Source of the DNA: an uncultured virus (IMG/VR IMGVR_UViG_3300032050_007618)
Lineage: Duplodnaviria; Heunggongvirae; Uroviricota; Caudoviricetes
Virus record (IMG/VR): IMGVR_UViG_3300032050_007618
Length of the DNA: 20,000 nt
Strand: one strand, 5' to 3'
Position numbers and translations under genes: made by a program
The notes under the pieces: model-generated
Told to the model about the DNA's origin: nothing
Databases searched by the model: none
Seen by the model: only the letters and a program-made list of their open reading frames with translations
In this document: positions 17,432 through 20,000 of the stretch, piece after piece
How positions within the stretch are numbered: the stretch's first letter is position 1
Layout of the letters: each line of letters begins with the position of its first letter

Positions 17432-17450
17432 GTATATACGTATATATACG
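17432..17450. promoter_or_regulatory. Palindromic/direct-repeat site, putative operator or promoter of the glycan operon
   Basis: GTATATACGTATATATACG contains perfect palindromes TATATACGTATATA (17433-17446) and CGTATATATACG (17439-17450), and the direct repeat TATATACG (17433-17440, 17443-17450). It lies in the only sizeable intergenic gap upstream of the operon. Confidence 0.55.
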
Positions 17451-17468
17451 CAATACAAATGGTTATTT

Positions 17469-18386
17469 TTAATTGTCGTCTTTATCGTCTTTGGTTTCTT
17501 TTCCGTCACAGTTTGTCTTGTAGTGTGTACAATACTTACAGTTCTTTTTAGCTTTACCCGGAACTTTTGGATAATAACCATCTTCCTTATAAGTTCCTTC
17601 CGGTGTAAAACATTCATCAATAAAGGATGTAAACGTCACCAACGACTTTGAAACATAGTTCTTAGCATTAGCCGGTTCAAAGATTTGAATTCGATTTTGT
17701 GGAAACGCAACATTCTCATACAACTTACGCTTTAGAATAAAAAACTCGACATCAATGGAATCCAAAGGAACATTGAACTGTTTGGAGTAAAACGCCTTGT
17801 ACAACAATAACTGTGAATACTTACTTTCATCAGCAACCTGATACTTGTTCCACCCCATCGAACTTGTTTTGAAGTCCCAAATCTTGTATTTACCAGAAGT
17901 CTTATCACGTAGAATCAAGTCAACATACGCAATAAACCGAACGTTATTCTTGATCGGTACATCCAATGGAACTTCAACTCCAATGAATTCATACTTCCGA
18001 CTCGGAAAATACTTGATACGGTTGGCGGAACTACTAAAGGTCTTTAGAATATCTTCACCATCAAACATGAATTCGGTAACGTCATCATCCGTATATGGTT
18101 CCTTCATGTTATCTTTTTCTTCGGAAAGAATACGGGTAAATTCCTCACGGAACTTTTTAACCAAATCTATTTCGTCTGCCACTTCTGCACCATCGGTGTA
18201 CAATGACTTAATATAATCTTGAAGTGTATTATGAATAGCGGTACCAAAACAAGTGTTTAGACTCGACTCATATACACGCAAACCTTTCAAATAATTAAGA
18301 TACCAACTATGAGGACACTTGAACCATCCTGAATATTGTGAAAAGCTGACCGTCTTTTTGTTTTTTTCTTCTATAATTTCAGACAT
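17469..18386 (-). CDS. PD-(D/E)XK exonuclease, Cas4/RecB/AddB-like, with probable 4Fe-4S cluster
   Basis: VSFSQYSGWFKCP, FGTAIHNTLQ, GVEVPL, AYVDLI, IWDFKTS, QLLLY and C-terminal CKYC-x6-C, giving a 1+3 Cys arrangement. Start taken at ATG 18386 because 18404 lies within the predicted promoter. Confidence 0.9.
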   Translation of the reverse strand: MSEIIEEKNKKTVSFSQYSGWFKCPHSWYLNYLKGLRVYESSLNTCFGTAIHNTLQDYIKSLYTDGAEVADEIDLVKKFREEFTRILSEEKDNMKEPYTDDDVTEFMFDGEDILKTFSSSANRIKYFPSRKYEFIGVEVPLDVPIKNNVRFIAYVDLILRDKTSGKYKIWDFKTSSMGWNKYQVADESKYSQLLLYKAFYSKQFNVPLDSIDVEFFILKRKLYENVAFPQNRIQIFEPANAKNYVSKSLVTFTSFIDECFTPEGTYKEDGYYPKVPGKAKKNCKYCTHYKTNCDGKETKDDKDDN

Positions 18387-18394
18387 ACTTATAT

Positions 18395-18423
18395 ACAGTA
18401 TCATGTACGAACTTGAAAGTCTA
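18395..18423 (-). promoter_or_regulatory. Sigma70-type promoter for the exonuclease gene
   Basis: The minus strand reads TAGACT-17 nt-TACTGT with an extended -10 TG (caTGaTACTGT), then 8 nt to ATG 18386. Confidence 0.55.
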
Positions 18424-18437
18424 CATCTTCTAATTCT

Positions 18438-19193
18438 ATGCGAAATATAATATTTACCCTACTGTTTACTTTAACCACTTACGCCAACGGTGTCTTTTAT
18501 GTCCAAAAATCAAGTGGAGAAACCGTTTTGGAAAATGTGGCAAATAATGTTTTGTCCACTAATTCTCCGGTTGTGGGTCAAACATACACCGCCAACGGAC
18601 AAAATTATGCTTTCAAAACTTCAACCAACTCGGAAGTAACTGTGGCATTTTCCAACGACGTGTTTGTTAAAGTCAAAGAATCGGCCCATGTAACCCTTGA
18701 TAATTTTGATCAAACCTTCATCAATATCTCTTCTCTACCAGAAAAAGCTAAGTACGAGACATACTCAAAATCGTTATCGTTAATCGAAGGTGAACTTGAT
18801 GTCTACTCAGATCAAGGTGGCAATTCCGAATCAATCTCTACCATCAACACCAAACTTGCATCGATTATACTGTCCAAGGGCAAATTCGTCGTACAAGCCG
18901 ATGATCGTACCACCGTGATTATTGTTCTTGAAGGGTCCGCTGTTATTTTGGATAATTCATCCAAGAGAAAAGAAAGCGTTAAAGCCAACCAAACCGTGGT
19001 GATTGTACCCGCTCCAAAGTTTCAAGGACGTGGAGTGGATACCATGCGTCGTGGCAATATTTTCTCAATTAAAGAAACTGTGAATGGTGACTCTGAGTCC
19101 TATCTATTGGGAGTTAATGCCGTAGTTGAAGATTCCAAGAACGTTCGATTTTGTATAATCGACAAAAACGTTCGTGGTGTTAAAATTAATTGA
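18438..19193 (+). CDS. Exported FecR-domain-like protein
   Basis: Signal-peptide-like N-terminus (MRNIIFTLLFTLTTYA/NG). FecR-type beta pattern: KTSTNSEVTVAFSNDVFVKVKESAHVTL, LSLIEGELDV, INTKLASI, GKFVV and IIVLEGSAVI. Confidence 0.75.
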   Translation: MRNIIFTLLFTLTTYANGVFYVQKSSGETVLENVANNVLSTNSPVVGQTYTANGQNYAFKTSTNSEVTVAFSNDVFVKVKESAHVTLDNFDQTFINISSLPEKAKYETYSKSLSLIEGELDVYSDQGGNSESISTINTKLASIILSKGKFVVQADDRTTVIIVLEGSAVILDNSSKRKESVKANQTVVIVPAPKFQGRGVDTMRRGNIFSIKETVNGDSESYLLGVNAVVEDSKNVRFCIIDKNVRGVKIN

Positions 19194-19218
19194 CTTTTTG
19201 ACCACCATAGAATAAGGT
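19190..19218 (+). promoter_or_regulatory. Sigma70-type promoter upstream of the hypothetical gene and polB
   Basis: TTGACT (19190-19195), 17 nt spacer, TAAGGT (19213-19218), then 6 nt to ATG 19225. Confidence 0.6.
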
Positions 19219-19224
19219 TATAAG

Positions 19225-19458
19225 ATGACATTAGAAGAATTGCAGTCCCTTAACGAGGATGAAACTGCCATGTTATGGTACATGGTAAATAAAATTGGAA
19301 GACCTGCCATCTATGGTATAGAATTGGAACCATCAGTATTTCCATCAATTAGTCGTTTTTGGTTGGCAGAAAAGATTTTGGCATCTAAAGATTCTGTTAA
19401 ACCGGAACACCTTCCTATCTATGAGAGTCTGACATCCAAGTTGGGTTATATCAAATAA
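19225..19458 (+). CDS. Hypothetical protein (77 aa)
   Basis: ATG ORF filling the space between the predicted promoter and polB. The TAA GTT ATG junction matches others in the window. Confidence 0.7.
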   Translation: MTLEELQSLNEDETAMLWYMVNKIGRPAIYGIELEPSVFPSISRFWLAEKILASKDSVKPEHLPIYESLTSKLGYIK

Positions 19459-19461
19459 GTT

Positions 19462-20000
19462 ATGTATCAAAATATTTATATCGACAAGAAGACTGAAACC
19501 GTACACCTTTGGGATGACCAAAAGGGATATGTTACGTTCCCGATGCCTAAGTATGCGTACCGTAAGAAGACGGGTGGACGTTATCGTTCTGTTTATGGCG
19601 ACGAGCTAGAAAAGGTCACCAATTTTAATCGTAATGATCCTTCAATCTTTGAAGGTGATGTTCCTCCCGAAACACGGGTATTGATTGACGCTTACGAAGA
19701 TAGTGATGAACCTTCCAAAGGACATCGTGTGGTGTTTTTCGACATTGAGGTCAGTTCTGAAGGTGGATTTCCTGTTATTGAAGAAGGTGACAAGGAACTG
19801 ACGGCTATTGCTTTGTATGACGGTGCTGCATCCAAGTATACAGCGTTCATCTTGGATAAAGATGGAAAACTTAAAGACAGTGAAACTTCCGATACGATTA
19901 TTCAAAGTTTTGATAATGAGGAATCGTTGATCAGTCACTTTATGAATAAGTGGGAGGAAATTCAACCCACAATTATCACCGGTTGGAACATCGACGGGTT
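19462..20000 (+). CDS. polB: Family B DNA polymerase, N-terminal and 3'-5' exonuclease region (3'-truncated; absent from the ORF track)
   Basis: Manual translation gives MYQNIYIDKKTETVHLWDDQKGY...HRVVFFDIEVSSEGGFP (ExoI)...ELTAIALYD...FDNEESLISHF...PTIITGWNIDG (ExoII). The frame is open to the window end. Confidence 0.92.
   Translation, partial: MYQNIYIDKKTETVHLWDDQKGYVTFPMPKYAYRKKTGGRYRSVYGDELEKVTNFNRNDPSIFEGDVPPETRVLIDAYEDSDEPSKGHRVVFFDIEVSSEGGFPVIEEGDKELTAIALYDGAASKYTAFILDKDGKLKDSETSDTIIQSFDNEESLISHFMNKWEEIQPTIITGWNIDG

Larger units (their letters stand above)
1..20000. mobile_element. Segment of a probable large dsDNA bacteriophage genome (glycosylation island next to replication genes)
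   Basis: Contains a phage-type PolB, trimeric dUTPase and PD-(D/E)XK exonuclease. Coding density is near total, with ATGA overlaps and sigma70-like promoters. No rRNA, tRNA or cellular housekeeping genes. No structural genes are in the window, so the assignment is inferred. Confidence 0.8.

Noticed and set aside
17426..17620. N-terminal 65 aa of the track's 141-aa ORF 17195..17620
   Set aside because: It overlaps the nuclease C-terminus and the palindromic intergenic site. ATG 17425 has the recurrent AAGTTATG context and starts the RHH pattern.
599..18216. Numerous 60-123 aa alternative-frame or antisense ORFs (e.g. 599..838, 2799..3038, 11394..11660, 16684..17025, 17845..18216)
   Set aside because: All lie wholly or largely within well-supported genes and show no recognisable motifs.
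17426..18437. CRISPR array or cas operon near the Cas4-like gene
   Set aside because: No repeat-spacer structure or other cas genes were seen. The intergenic gaps are only about 40-50 nt.
19642..19965. 107-aa minus-strand ORF in the track
   Set aside because: It is the antisense shadow of the polB frame starting at 19462, which has clear ExoI/ExoII motifs.
1..20000. Alternative genetic code (stop-codon reassignment), suggested by no TAG stops among the called genes and the in-frame TAA in the split GT4
   Set aside because: Genes are full length under code 11, with TAA and TGA both acting as stops at tight junctions. There are no in-frame TAG interruptions, and TAG scarcity is common in AT-rich phages.
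1..20000. Giant eukaryotic virus (NCLDV) origin, given the GT and FkbM gene types
   Set aside because: ATGA-coupled operons, near-zero intergenic space and -35/-10 promoters indicate prokaryotic-style expression.

Overview
This window is most plausibly a segment of a large dsDNA tailed-phage genome. It is AT-rich and densely packed, with a family B DNA polymerase, dUTPase, a Cas4/RecB-like exonuclease and sigma70-type promoters, and it has no cellular housekeeping genes. About 17 kb is one glycan-biosynthesis island. On the + strand are the end of an NDP-hexose C-methyltransferase and a dTDP-glucose 4,6-dehydratase. These converge on a 21-gene, apparently translationally coupled - strand run (17425->1222, no gap >6 nt). 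The run is headed by a small ribbon-helix-helix-like protein with a palindromic upstream site. It encodes about 13 soluble glycosyltransferases (GTs), UDP-galactopyranose mutase, two FkbM-type methyltransferases, a methyltransferase-GT2 fusion and an embedded dUTPase. Most notable is an adjacent GT11 (alpha-1,2-fucosyltransferase), GT7C-like and GT6 (ABO-type, DxD form) trio, which could build a histo-blood-group-like glycan. A GT4 gene also appears to be split near its domain boundary by a single in-frame TAA. No flippase, polymerase or initiating phosphoglycosyl transferase is visible, so the acceptor may be virion protein or DNA rather than a lipid-linked O-antigen. All family calls come from motif recognition by eye; no database searches were run.
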